A DNA stretch of 64,000 bases from Camelus dromedarius. Lineage: Eukaryota. The stretch is taken from contig NC_087436.1 in assembly GCF_036321535.1 (NCBI RefSeq), positions 83,640,001 to 83,704,000 of the forward strand. Reading direction: 5' to 3'. A program made the translations under genes and the position numbers. Position 1 is the stretch's first letter. Each line of letters opens with the position of its first letter. The notes beneath the pieces are model-generated. The model was given only the letters and a program-made list of their open reading frames with translations, was not told the origin of the DNA and did not search any database. Positions 40,585-53,320 of this stretch are shown here, one piece after another.

Positions 40585-41292
40585 GGATAATGAAAATAAA
40601 AAACACAGACAATAACGGGTATTGGCAAAAATGCAGAGAAATAAAAATTTCCATTCATTGCTGATGAGAACATAAAATAGTACAGTTACTTTTAAAAACT
40701 GTTCCTTAAAAATGTTAAAGTCACCATTTGACCCAGCAATTCCACTCCTAAGTAGATACCCAAGAGAAATTAACACATATGTCCATAAAAGAACTTGTAC
40801 ATAAATGTTCACAGCAGCATTATTCACAACAGCCAACAAGTGAAAACAACCCAGATGTCCATCAATGGATGAGTGGATAAATACAATGTAGTCCAGTCAT
40901 ACAATAAAATATTAACCAGCCATAAAAGGGGGATGAAGTACTGATACATGTCCCAACATGGATGAACCTTGAAACTTAAGCTAAGTAAAAGAAGTCACAG
41001 AAGTGACATGCTGTGTGATTCCATTTATAAGAAATGTCACTAACAGGCAAATCTATAGACAGGAAGTAGGTTAGTGTTTGCCTAGGGCTGGGAGGAGTGA
41101 AGACGGAGGTGGGGGAGAAAAGGGGAGTGTATGCTAATGGGCTTGGAATTTCTTTTTGGAGCGATAAAAATGTTCTAAAACCGGATAGTGGGTATGGTTG
41201 CCCTCTGGGAATATACTAAAAACCATTGAATTGTGCACTTGAAAAGGGTCAATTTTATGATGTGTAAATTACATCTCAATAAAACTGTTACA
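40585..41292 (+). mobile_element. L1MB-type ORF2 end and 3'UTR
   Basis: gacccagcaattccactcctaag..atgttcacagcagcattattcac..catctcaataaaactgtt. Confidence 0.85.
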
Positions 41293-41474
41293 AGGAAATT
41301 CGGTTGGCTTTCAAATCAAGTATGGGAAAAAGCCAGAAGAGAACTTTCAGTTAAAGATGAGTTTATCTACTTTTCCTCTTAATATCGCACTAAATGAGAG
41401 GAATTTTTGAAAGGTAAGGGATAAAGAGAACACAGCTGAAAAGACAACAGCAGATGAAGGATTTCAGCCAATTT

Positions 41475-41497
41475 ACACACACACACACACACACACA
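41475..41497. repeat. (AC)n microsatellite
   Basis: Read directly. Confidence 0.95.
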
Positions 41498-42559
41498 CCT
41501 CAAGACTAGCTGTTCTAATGCAGAATAACTTGCTCAGCCATGGCGTCTCTTTCAAATTTGTCATCCCACTCACTACTTAATATTGTCTCACAGTGTCAAA
41601 GGCCAGTGTGAGGAAAATATTTTTATGGGTACTCAGCAAACAAAAGATCACCTAGTTATCAGGATCTACAATGTTAGAGATCATGGGGAATTTTAAACAC
41701 AAATGGGGTTTTCTCCTGCCACGTGGATCTGGATGGACACAGAATCGACTGGAATATCATCAAAATGTATCAAGTTTTGTGTAGACGCCTTGGTTTCCTG
41801 GCACCACATTTCCAGTGTATTCCAGGGAGGTTTCACACATCTGAGTGACTGGCAGCTTGGGCAGATATGCAGATGGCAATCCTTTAATTATATATATTAA
41901 TATAATTATAATTAATTGTTTAATTCTTTTAATTCTGAATAATTCATATATTTGGCCTTGCTTATAGAAACCCTAAAAGGCACATACTGAAAACAGAAAG
42001 GGCTAAAACTTGGAGTTTAATGTAATGATTCTGTTTCTCATAGAAATCTGCGAGGGTTGAATACTTGCAAAAGTAAAGGAACTTCTCAGTAAGGAAATAT
42101 ATCATCCGCTTCCTATGGAGCTCATCCTATCCAGGGAGTGATGACTTATAATAACCAGTATTATAACCAGCCAGCATCTGCACTGTACTTTAAAATGTGC
42201 AAGGCAAGACCACTTAGCTAACGTCAAACAATGCAGGTGGTTAAAAAACAGCCTTAACTCAAACTTACCTGGTGAACTCCTCACATAATGAAGAAAAATA
42301 GCACAAGGCTCAAGCCCAAGTCAGTATATTAAATTAGATTTCTTTACAAGTAGGCATTGTACTGATTAAAATGGTCCCATTATTAGGCTGGTTTCTTAAG
42401 AAAAACAGTTGCTGTCTAAATTATCAAATGCTCATAAGGTGAAATTCACAGGCACTTAACTCGCATAGTGTTTGCACAGCTGCTATCATAAATTTCTGTT
42501 CCATTTAAAATCAAGTATGGGGTGGGGGGTGGGGCAGAAGACAAAGGAAAATGTCCATT

Positions 42560-44140
42560 TAAAGAGTCAGACTGATCACATATTCTTCCCCAGATCCCAG
42601 TAAAATGGCAGTAAAATCATGTTTAAAAAGTATCAGCACCTCAGGGCAAAAAAAAAAAAGAACAGCAGAGAAGACAGAAGGAGATGGAATTTCAAAGTCA
42701 TTTGGAAGTGGATGGAAGTGACTGAAAACAGACTGTTTGAAAGCCGGTCCGCTCCAGGGCGCACCAGGCGAGAGCGCAGGCAGGTGGGCAGGCAGGCAAG
42801 CGTATGGAGCAGCCGTCTCTGAGTAGCATCAGTGGATGCTTGCAATCTGACCTAGCTAAGGGCCAGAGTAAGGAACACAGTTGAAAATGTGAAGATTAGC
42901 GAAAATGTGCTAAGAAATAACGGGGCCATTAGCATACTTCCCACCTCCCTCCCACTCCTGTCTTGAGGGACTCCACAGCTGGAGAGAAAAATATTGACAT
43001 TTTGTGTACCCAAATGAAACAGCTAGATTCTCCTCTATCCCCACTACCTCATTCTCCTAAAGTGAAGTACAGTAGACAAGCCCTCTGGTCCACATACAAA
43101 ATGTCATTCTTAAATAACAGCAGCCAAAGATCCTCATGTGTTTAAGTAAAGAGAGACAAAAAGATCCCACGAACAGGAATATAGGGAGAAGAAAACAAAA
43201 CAAAAAAAAACCATGCTCAAAAGCCTTATTTGTCTCTCAGAAAGATAAGAGTAAGACTGGAATGCTATAAAACAAAACAACATACTTTGAAAAAGGAAGA
43301 GCATGAATATACTGGATATTAAACTTGGAAAGCTACCATTTTAAACACAAACAAGGTTGGAAAATAAAGTTGATTAAATTTCACACCCAAAAAAATAGAA
43401 TTAAAAGACAACGATCAAACATCTCAAGGAACAACAAAAGAAAGATAACACAGGTACATTTCCAAGACCAAAAGACAATATTTTCCAGGTTGAAGGGACC
43501 TGCTGAGTATCCAACACAATAGATGAAAAGAGATGGCAGGAAACGGCGGGTCCAGGAAGACTGGAGGAGGAGGCTTGAGTGACGTCTACTACCGCGGCTC
43601 AGGTGGGAAAAGAAGTGAAAGGGCCAACAGGAATCCCCGCAGAAATAAAGAATTAATAAATTATTTGATATTTTTGGGAAAAAAAGGTACACGTGGATTT
43701 GTTGGAGCAATTTGGAAAAACAAAACAAACTGCAGACAGGCTTATAGAAAATTATGTGAGCGACAACCTAAGACACATATTAACTCCAGACAACAGATCT
43801 CACACACGTCACACCCCCACACAGTCGTAACAAGGCAAACAGCTATGAATTCAGCTAAAACTGTGACGTGACAATACTGGAATAAGTAGCAATGTAAAGA
43901 GCTAATTCTGCATATTTCATAAGCAGAAGCAATGAGAGACTGTTTGCAAGTGAGAAATCAAGCTTAACATTACATTATCAAATGGAAGCCAATATCAAAA
44001 GAACAGTGAAACTAATCTCCTCTGGGAAAGAAAATAAGGGCTGCCAGAGGGTGAGTATGGGTTTTCCATGTAAATCGTTCAATTTTATTTGATTTTTTAA
44101 ATAAAACCATATGGATGTATTAGTCTGACAAAAATATTTC
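42560..44140 (+). mobile_element. Ancient, degenerate HAL1/L1ME-like element
   Basis: ORF1-like ttccaggttgaagggacc..gagtatccaacacaatagatgaaaaga; 3' end tttgattttttaa..atggatgtattagtctgacaaaaata. Confidence 0.5.
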
Positions 44141-45891
44141 TTTAAACAAAGGAAAATACATCAAAGGCAAGATGATGAATTTTACTGTGGGTAATAAAAT
44201 TACTTAAGAACAAGCACTTAAATCCTGATGAATGGTATATAAAATTCGCTTGTTGTCATCTGTTTACAGCTACAATATTGTCCAAACATAAGGATGCTCA
44301 CTCAGGATGCTATGTAAGAACACTGATAAGTCTACAAAGACGACTATGAAGTTCACATCTTCAACCTTGATACCCCTCTCCTAAGCACTGATGGTCATTT
44401 TATTCATTTAAAATGAGCTCCTCATCTTGGCCCCACAATCTTCCCCTCTTGACTTCCATGATTTTTATTAATGGATCCATAATCAAGATGCCACATCAGG
44501 GTCTCTCTTCTTTCTTCAGTAAATAGTTAGATCTCTGAGATAGACAATTAATAAAGCCCCCACAAGGAGATCATCAGATCCTACCAAGCTAAGAGCATCT
44601 GAGCATTTGGGCTAAGTCCCAAATTCACCTGGAGGTAAAGAAGGAGCATTAGTCAGTCACAGAAGGTTCCTAGAAAGTTGAAGATTGTGCTTCTTCATTT
44701 CAGGACAAAAGATCAAGTATGACAGGCTGAAGTGTTTTATAAAATATCAAGACCCACCCTAGGTACAGACAGAAGAGATCTGAATTACTGAAGACAAAAG
44801 AACATTAGTTGCATCAAGCCTTGACAAAGCACAGGAGTTGGCAGGGAGCTCTCCCTGGTGCTACTTCAACCTTGCCTAAAGTTATTACCTTTAAAAATGA
44901 AGATTCATTTAAAATCACTTCATAATACAATCAATGTGATATACCACATTAACAAACTGAATAAAAATTGTATGATCAACACAGTAGATGCAGAAAAAGC
45001 TTCTGATGAAATTCAAACATCCATTTATGATAAAACTCTCCACAAAGTCGTCCCAGGAGAAACGAATCTCAGCATAACAAAGACTATACAGGATAAGCCC
45101 AACTAACATCACACTCAGCAGGGAAAGCTGAAAGCATCTCCTCCGAGATCAGGAACAAGATAAGGATGCCCACTTTCACGACTTTCACTCAATGTAGTAT
45201 TAGAAGTCCTAGCCACAGCAACCAGTCCATCAGTCAAGAAAAAGAAATAAAAGGAATCCAAACTGGAAAGGAGGAAGTAAAGCTGTCACTATGTGCAGAT
45301 GACTTGATGCTATACATAGAAAATCCTAAAGACATCACCAAAAATTTTACAAGAGCTCATCAATGGATCTCGTAAAGTTGCAGAATACAAAATTAATATA
45401 CAGAAATCTGTTATATTTTATATCCTCCAATTGATTAAAGATCTAAATGTAAAACTCCTAGAATAAAACATAGGCAAAACACTGACATAAACTGCAGGTT
45501 ATTTTTTGAATGTCTCTTAAGGCAAAAGAAACAAAAGCAAAAATAAACAAATGAGACCTAATTAAACTTAAAAGCTTTTTGCACATTAAAGAAAACCACT
45601 GACAAAATGAAATGACAGCCTACTAAATGGGAGAAAATACTTGCAAATAACTGATAAGGGCTTAATATCCCAAATATATAAACAGCTCATATAACTCAGA
45701 GTCAAACAAATGAACAAACTGATTAAAAAATGGGCAAAAGATCTGAGAAGACATTTTTCCAAAGAAGACATATGGATGGCCTACAGACATCACTCAACAT
45801 TACTAATCATTAGAGAAATGCAAATGAAAACCACAATCAGATACTGCCTAACACCTGTCAGAATGGCTATTTGTCAAAAAGAACACAAATA

Positions 45892-45948
45892 GGGACATTG
45901 TGCTGTACACCAGAGACTGACACGTTATAACTGACTGTACGTCAATGA
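45892..45948 (+). mobile_element. 57-bp, extremely 5'-truncated L1 3' tip
   Basis: gggacattgtgctgtacaccaga...actgactgtac; 16-bp TSD aaaaagaacacaaata at 45876-45891 and 45949-45964. Confidence 0.85.
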
Positions 45949-45968
45949 AAAAAGAACACAAATAACAA

Positions 45969-47598
45969 TAATCCTAAAATTTGTATAGAATCACAAAAGA
46001 CCATGCAATTCTGAAGAAAAAGAATGAAGCTGGAGGAATAATGTTCCCAGACTTCAGACAATACTACCTAGATACAGTAATCAAAACAGCATGGTACTGG
46101 CATAAAAATAGGCATACGGATCAATGGAACAGAATAGAGAGCCCAGAAATAAACAGATCTATGGTCAATTAATCTTTGCCAAAGGAGGAAAGAATATACT
46201 AATGGAGAAAAAATAGTCCCTTTAGCAACTGGTGTTGGGAAAACTGGACAACCACATGTAAGTCAATGAAGTTAGAACACTCCCTTCACATCATATCCCA
46301 AAATAAACTCAAAATGGCTTAAAGACTTAAATATAAGACAAGACATGATAAACTTCTTAGACGAAAACATAGGCAAAACATTCTCTGACATAAATCCTAG
46401 CAATGTTCTCCTAGGGCAGTCTACCCAGGCAATAGAAATAAGAGCAAAAATAAACAAACGGGACTTAATTCAACTTATAAGCTTTTTGTACAGCAAAGGA
46501 AATCATAAGCAAAACAAAATGACAATCTAAAGAATGGGAGAAAATATTTGCAACTGATGCAACTGACAAAGGTTTAATTTCCAGGATATGTAAACAGCTC
46601 GTACAACTTAATTAAAAAAAAAAAAAACCCAATCCAAAAATGTGCAGAAGACCTAAACAAGCAATTCTCCAATGAAGACATGCAAATGGCCAACAGGCAC
46701 ATGAAAAATGTTCAATATTGCTAATTATCAGAGAAATGCAAATCAAAACTATGATGAGGTATTATCTCACACCAGTCAAAACGGCCATCATTAAAAACTC
46801 CACAAATGATAAGTGCTGGAGAGGCTGTGGAGAAAAGGGAACCCTCCTACACTGCTGGTGGGAATGCAGTTTGGTGCAGCCATTATGGAAAACAGTATGG
46901 AGATTCTTCAAAAAACTAAAGATAGACTTACCATATGATCCAGCAATCCCACTCCTTGGCATATATACGGAGGGAACTCTAATTCAAAAAGATACATGCA
47001 CCCCAATGTTCACAGCAGCACTATATATGATAGCCAAGATATGGAAGCAACTTAAAAGTCCATTGACAAATGAATGGATTAAAGAAGTTGTGGTATATTT
47101 ATACAATGGAATACTACTCAGCCATTAAAAAGAATAAAATAATGCCATTCACAGCAACATGATGGACCTGGAGATCATCATCCTAAGTGAAGTAAGCCAG
47201 AAAGAGAATGAAAACTATCATATGGTATCATTCATATGTGGAATCTTAAAAAAAGAAAAAAAAGGAGACACTAATGAACTCATCTACAAAATAAACAGAC
47301 TCACAGACACAGTAAACAATCTTATGCTTATGGAGGGGATAGGGATAGGAAGGGATAAATTTGGGAGTTTGAGATTTATAAGTGGTAGCCACTATATATA
47401 AAAATGGATTAAAAAAACAAATTTCTTCTGTATAGCACAGGGAACTATATTCAGTATCTTGCAATAACCTTTAATGAAAAAGAATATGAAAACAAGTATG
47501 TACATATATGCATGACTGGAACATTGTGCTGTACACCAGAAATTGACACATTGTAACTGACTATTCTTCAATAATAACAACAACAACAAAAAAAAACC
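45969..47598 (+). mobile_element. 5'-truncated younger L1 (ORF2 C-terminal third, 3'UTR, A/CAA tail)
   Basis: [42 protein letters not shown] core cacaaataacaa at 45957-45968 and 47599-47610. Confidence 0.9.
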
Positions 47599-47892
47599 CA
47601 CAAATAACAAATGTTGGTGAAGATGTGGAGAAAAGGAAACCCTTCTACAATGTTGATGGGAATGCAAATTGATGCAGCCACTATGGAAAACAGTATGAAA
47701 GTTTCTCAAAAAATTAAAACTTAGAACTACCATATGATCTAGCAATTCCACTCTTGGATATATATCTGAAGAAGATGAAAACATTAATTCAAAAAGATAC
47801 ATACACTCCAATGTTCACAGTGGCATTATTTACAATTGCCAAGACATGGAAGTAACCTAAGTGTCCACCAAAAGATGAATGGATAAAGAAGA

Positions 47893-47893
47893 T

Positions 47894-47966
<73 letters not shown>

Positions 47967-47988
47967 AGAGAGAGAGAGAGAGAAAGAG
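47893..47988. repeat. Compound (TG)n(AG)n microsatellite inside an L1 3' region
   Basis: Read directly. Confidence 0.95.
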
Positions 47989-48884
47989 ATGGAATATTAC
48001 TCAGCCACAAAAAAGAATGAAAATTTGCCATTTGCAACAGTGTGGACAGACCTGGAGGGTATTATGCTTAATGAAATATGTCAGAGGATGTGTCTTGTCG
48101 CCTATATGTGGAATCTAAAAAAAAAAATAAAACAAATGAGTATCTACAATAAAAAAAAAACAGACTCAGATTTAGAGAACATACTAGTGGTTATCAGTGA
48201 GGATAAGGGAGAGAAGGGGTAAGAGAGGTAAGGGTAGGGGGTTAAGAAGTACAAACTATTATGTATAAAATAAATAAACTACAAGGATATATTGTACAGC
48301 ACAGAGAACACAGCCAATATTTTGATACCTTTAAATGGCATATACTACATAAACATTCTGAATCACTATGGTTTACACCTGAAACTAATATAATGTTGCA
48401 ATCAACTATACCTCAATGGAAAAAAGATGTTTAAGGACCTTTAAAAATCAGCTTTTAACTTTAATTATGTAAAACGAGTACTATTTTAGGACTCAGTCTT
48501 GCTTATAAGAAAAGGAAAGCACACCAGTGACTTTTCAGTCTCAAAGGTCACTAACCAAACACAATTCAGTTAATTAATATTTCCTACATAGAATGTAATG
48601 CCTTATTGTTAGTACTTCTATGGTAGCCAGAAAAGATTTTCTCTGGCCCAAAAGCATCAGGGCTTTTCAATATTAGTTATGTACACATTCATATACCAAC
48701 AGTCTAAGAAATTACATTTAATAATGGTATTTCATAATAGTTTAGTATTATTTTAGGGTAGAAGATGAGGACCTGGAGTAAAACAGCAAGATGGTGGTTA
48801 TGCAGAAACCGCAAATATTTCAAAGCTTGGTTTTAGTTGAGGAGTAAAACTGCTTTGATTCCTGGCAGGAGCCACTGCACTCAC

Positions 48885-49094
48885 CCTGAAAGAGCTGGAT
48901 GAGCCGATGCTGGAGCGCGGCGGGGATCACGCTCTCGGGCAGCTCCCTCAGGAAGAGCTTCAGCAGGCTGGCGGCAGAGCACACGTCGCCGTCCGTCCCC
49001 AGCTGCACCGGCACTCCGCTCTCAAACTTCCCTCGGAGCTGCTCCACCACCTTCACGTTGCCGTTCACCCTGAACAGGCCTTCCTGGGTGAGCC
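48885..49094 (-). CDS. FAM13A: FAM13A coding exon (equivalent to human exon 3), RhoGAP core with arginine finger GLTQEGLFRVNG...SLLKLFLRELPE
   Basis: RhoGAP motifs. Acceptor ttcgctgttccag|GG, donor CAGG|gtgagt. 210 nt, phase 1-1, joins both neighbouring exons in frame. Confidence 0.97.
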
Positions 49095-49665
49095 CTGGAA
49101 CAGCGAAGAAGGCGCACCGAAAATAACCCAGGTCTCTCACAGACAGATCCAAACTCTAAAGGACAGTCACCAAAATCCATAAATCTCAGGACAGGATTCT
49201 CCGAATAATTATCAAGCACTGGAGGACTTTCACAATTTATGAAGAGTGTTTTCTTAGAATAATAAATTTTCACATCTACTATGTATCCACTAAAAAGACT
49301 GTATGATTGTTATAAAAGCTGACCTCTAAAAATAAGGTTAGGACACATATCAACGTAGAACAGACATTACAGAAACTTACTCTGGGCTCCAAGAGCAGTT
49401 TAGCATTTTGAGAACAACTATTTAAAAAAAATAACATATATATAAGAAACTCCTTAATTACATGTGATTACCTTTGTAATAATTTGATAAAGAAGTAACA
49501 GTTCTTTAGTAATCGATAAATTCAAAGTATAAGACTCAGAGACTATAAAGTAGTGTAAGATAAAATCCTTGTCTTTAGCCAACAGATTTATGAATATTCA
49601 TGTTGGCTGGGGTCAGCAGAGATGGCTGCATCATCCTTGGCTAAAGCGTAGGCAAGACCGAAAGG

Positions 49666-49822
49666 CTGGGGCTGATGTACTGTGAAGCTAATGCAGTGTA
49701 AACTTCAGGGCCCCTTCCAGTGCTCTGTCCCTAATTCTGTATTCTTCACTTTGTGTTCTTTTTCTCAAAGAGGGCCCCCAAAGGATTAAGCATCAGGACT
49801 CACAAAACCTTGATCTACCCCT
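49666..49822. mobile_element. Non-autonomous hAT-type DNA transposon (MER53-like)
   Basis: gtgaagctaatg..cttcagggcccc..aaagagggccccc..cacaaaaccttgatctacccct; imperfect terminal inverted repeats. Confidence 0.7.
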
Positions 49823-50950
49823 TACAAAGAGAAACAAATACATGAATTGAGAAGCAGAGACTGGACGGCACAAAAATATGAAGGCAGATGAAAATATGGA
49901 GTGTTGAAGGTCAAAGAGTGATCTTTGGAAGAAATGGTAAGTAAAGGGCCATGCATGTCAAGGCAAAGAGTGAAAACTTTATCATTATTTATCACTGGAG
50001 CATTAAGTGTATGTGTGTGGGGTGGGGGTGGTGGGGAGACACAATATAATTGAGGTTTAAGGAAGACCTAGCTAGCTAAGAAGTCAAGAAAGGAGAGGGC
50101 AGAGAGCTTGCCTTAGGGGGACTGCAATCTACTATAAGGCAATTAGACAGGTTACGGTGGGAAGTGAAAAGGAGAGAATCAAGATGAGTTGGTAACTTAG
50201 TACCAAAGGGAAATAAGGGAAGAAGGGTTGAAAGGTAACTCTGATGCCTAGAAAACTAGGAACCCAAGAAAAAGCACTGTAAGTGACAAGGCAAAGGAGG
50301 CACGGGGCAGGCGGAAGGGGGACTGGTTTAGGGTAGAGATGATTTCCAGCCCACTGTGCTGGGTTTGAGGAGACAGAGCATCACGTGAGGGGAGGAACCT
50401 TGACAGTGTGAGAAACAATCTAAGGGAATAGTAACCCAAGCACTCGACCCGCCCCTCCCCTGTTGAGATCCTAATGGTGAACTTGAGGGTGACGGAAGTA
50501 TTGAAGCCTATTAGACTTATTTAGACGGGATGTGTCTGTTCGTATCAGCCTTTGCTCCTTTCTCTTTCCTCCTAATTGTATTGCTCTTTCTAAAGAAAAA
50601 AGGGAGCTGATTCATTTTACTTTGTAATTTGATAAAACATTTTATGAACCCTTTAATTCAACAAATATTTAGTGAGTACCTAGTATTATGTTAGGTCCTA
50701 AAACAAAAAAATCAACCATGAGAAAAAACTTCAAACACTAGGATCCTCACAGAGTTTGTAGTCTGGTAAGATGTTCATGTTCTTCTACATACACATATTA
50801 GTTGGTTATGAAGAATACGAGTAACAAAAATTGACATGAATTTTAGCTCCAATTTTGACAACATTTTGTGAAACCAGAGATGATATTAAAAAATATTTAA
50901 CAACCAGTATGGCCACGGCATCATGTAACCAGAGGAGACACCAGTCAGTA

Positions 50951-51514
50951 TGTGTGCTAGGCAGCTTCTCAACTGGCCCCAATGATCCACATCCCTCTGT
51001 ATCCACACCCATGTGTAATCCCCTCCCCCTTTGAGTGTGAGCTGGACCTAGTGACTTGCTTCCAAGCAAGAGAATATGGTGAAATGATGTGATTAGGTTC
51101 TAATCTCACTTTTGGATTAGGTTATAAAAGACTGTGACATCCACTCTGCTCGCTTCTGTGTTCTCTTTCTCACTCTCGCTCTTCTTGCTTGCTCACTCTG
51201 ATGAATCAGCTGTTTTGTCAGCTACCTGATAAAAAGGTCCACGTGGCAAGGAACTGAGAGTGGGATCTGGACAACAGCCAGTGAATAACTGAGACCTTCA
51301 GGTCAACAGCCCACAAGGAACTGAATGCTGCAGACAACCAGGGGCATGAGCCAGTCAAGTGCTGCTACGACTGCAGCCTTAAAAAGAGACCTTATAACAG
51401 AAGACGTAACTAAGCTGTGCCCAGATTCTTGACCCACAGAAGCTGTGAGATAGTAAGCTGTCTTAATCTACTGTGTTTTGGGGTCATCTGTTATCCAGCA
51501 ACAGATAACTAACA
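50951..51514 (+). mobile_element. MaLR solo LTR (MLT1F/G-like)
   Basis: tggcccccaatgatcc..gtgtaatcccctcccc..ttgagtgtgagctggacctagtgacttgcttc..cagcaacagataactaaca. Confidence 0.85.
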
Positions 51515-52571
51515 CGATAAGCCATTCCCTTTAATACTGCAGAGTATCACCTACTACTGGGAGGCTTCAGCTTAGTCATTTTTAAAGCTTTCAAGGTGTC
51601 TCCTCTACTCTACAAAGCTTCATCTGTAACTTCAGAAACACATACTGGCATCAAGCGGAGAGCGCCCAATAAAAGAGAATCCCATTCCTGGCCAAGGCCC
51701 AAATCCTGCAGATTTAGAATTTTACATCATAGCCTTGTATCTACCCAGCTCCCAAGTCTGCTTTTGGCCCAGCAAATGCCCCTGGATCTGGTTTCACTGT
51801 GTTTTTCTAGCTTTGACCTGAGGTTCCCTCTTCCAATAAGGTTTTTTGACCCTTCCCTCAAATAAATATACTTCCAGTTATTCAAAAATAACTCCCCAGC
51901 TCCAAGAGCTGGCTTTGGTCTTCAAGGCTCCTGATCCCCCTGGACTTTACTAGAGGAAGAGAAGCTATAAATATAAGTCACTGAAATCAGTGCTTCTCAA
52001 CCATGTTTTTCTGCTCCTGTTCCCATTTATTTGCACAACTCTCTTCCCTTAGGAGTATCTCTCGCCAAAGCAACATTTAGGATGCTTAGTAATTTTAAAT
52101 CAGGAGAACTTAACCCCCGGACATGGCTCTATTACCCTCTGGGAAAAAGAATCCGTACAGTTTTTAAAAGCTCATTATGAACTTATAATAGTACAATACC
52201 CACATGAGGCTTACCAGAGTATATGACCTCTAAATTTTTAGGGAATGATTATAACAGAAATGTTCAGAGGGGTGAGATATTTAAAAGGCTTTATGGAGTT
52301 ACTCTCATACATTTCTGAGATTCTGTTATATTTCTCTTCAGGAGATACAGGTTAATTGTCATGAACAGCAACTTAATACTGGTTCAGCAATGACAAAAAT
52401 AACATCTACATTGACAGCTACGTTTTTGTACAGTTGAAATATTTATTTCAAAATTTGATGAATACGTGTATAAGTGTGTGAATATATCAATAGAAACTAA
52501 ACATGCCAGAAGTCAGAATTTTTCTTATTGGCACACTGGCCCAAAAAGGAGTGACAATGTGTAAGCATATT

Positions 52572-52585
52572 CTGCCATCTGGTGG
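52572..52585 (-). promoter_or_regulatory. CTCF-like motif CCACCAGATGGCAG
   Basis: Exact fit to CCASYAGRKGGCRS in apparently unique intronic sequence. Motif only. Confidence 0.55.
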
Positions 52586-53149
52586 TGAGTGGAGAATCCT
52601 ACACTATGTAAAGATCCCACAGGATCTTCATGCTAAGCTAGAAGGAACCCAGTAACACTGTCAGCAGACTGTTTTAAAATAACTAGTAACTTAGAAGATT
52701 ATTCTTTGAATAGAAAAAATATACACACATATTGGTTTTCAAAGAAAAAAGTCCGAAATCCATTTAAAAGGCATTAATATAGGCCTTTATAAACCCTTTC
52801 TGTCTTACAATTCCTTTATAATAAAAGGTTTCCCTCACATCAAGTTGTTATCTACATATACATTAAATAGCCAAGTGTGACCACAATACCTACCTGCAGT
52901 TAATTATATAACCAATCATCCCTATATTCCATACCTGGCAGAGTGCCTCCTGCATTGTAGGTACACAATACACATTTGTCGTATGCATACTGTATCACAG
53001 GCACACGATAAATATTTGTGGACTTGAACTAAAAAACATATAAAACTAACTGAAGTATCTTGCTTTCAAACTTCATACCACTCTCCCAACTTACACAGGC
53101 CCTCTGGTTTATTACCATGATAGTTTCAAATACAGGAAGGGGCTGCTGG

Positions 53150-53320
53150 TTGTTCACAGGGTAATTAACCACATAGTCTTTTAAAATATAGGGCCGGTCC
53201 CCTACCCTAGACTGCCTTGTCAAGATTCTGATTCAGTGAATATGGGGCACCACCAACGTGCGGTATTCTGTAAGGATTCCACTAGTGTCTGTTTCACATC
53301 CCTGGTTAAGAATGGCTGAT
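53150..53320. mobile_element. MER5-like DNA transposon remnant
   Basis: agattctgattcagtg..tgggg..ggattcc..ctggttaagaa. Confidence 0.45.

Larger units (their letters stand above)
44910..48425 (+). mobile_element. Composite L1 block: older L1 ORF2/3'UTR (44910-45891, 47611-48425) hosting two younger L1 insertions
   Basis: RT-like IDAEKA.D.IQ and KLSL.ADD.MLY.ENP; host sequence resumes after the duplicated target. Confidence 0.88.

Noticed and set aside
41313..42521. 14-bp direct repeat aaatcaagtatggg about 1.2 kb apart, a possible TSD
   Set aside because: The enclosed sequence has no A tail or element termini, so chance is plausible.
46718..47128. Cys-rich ORFs (also 55029-55373 and 2421-2615)
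   Set aside because: They are L1 ORF2 C-terminal fragments, not host genes.
47879..48118. ORFs with VCVC, ERER or SLSL runs
   Set aside because: They are translations of the microsatellite.
48899..49182. Plus-strand ORFs overlapping the RhoGAP exon
   Set aside because: They are antisense shadows of a high-GC3 coding exon.
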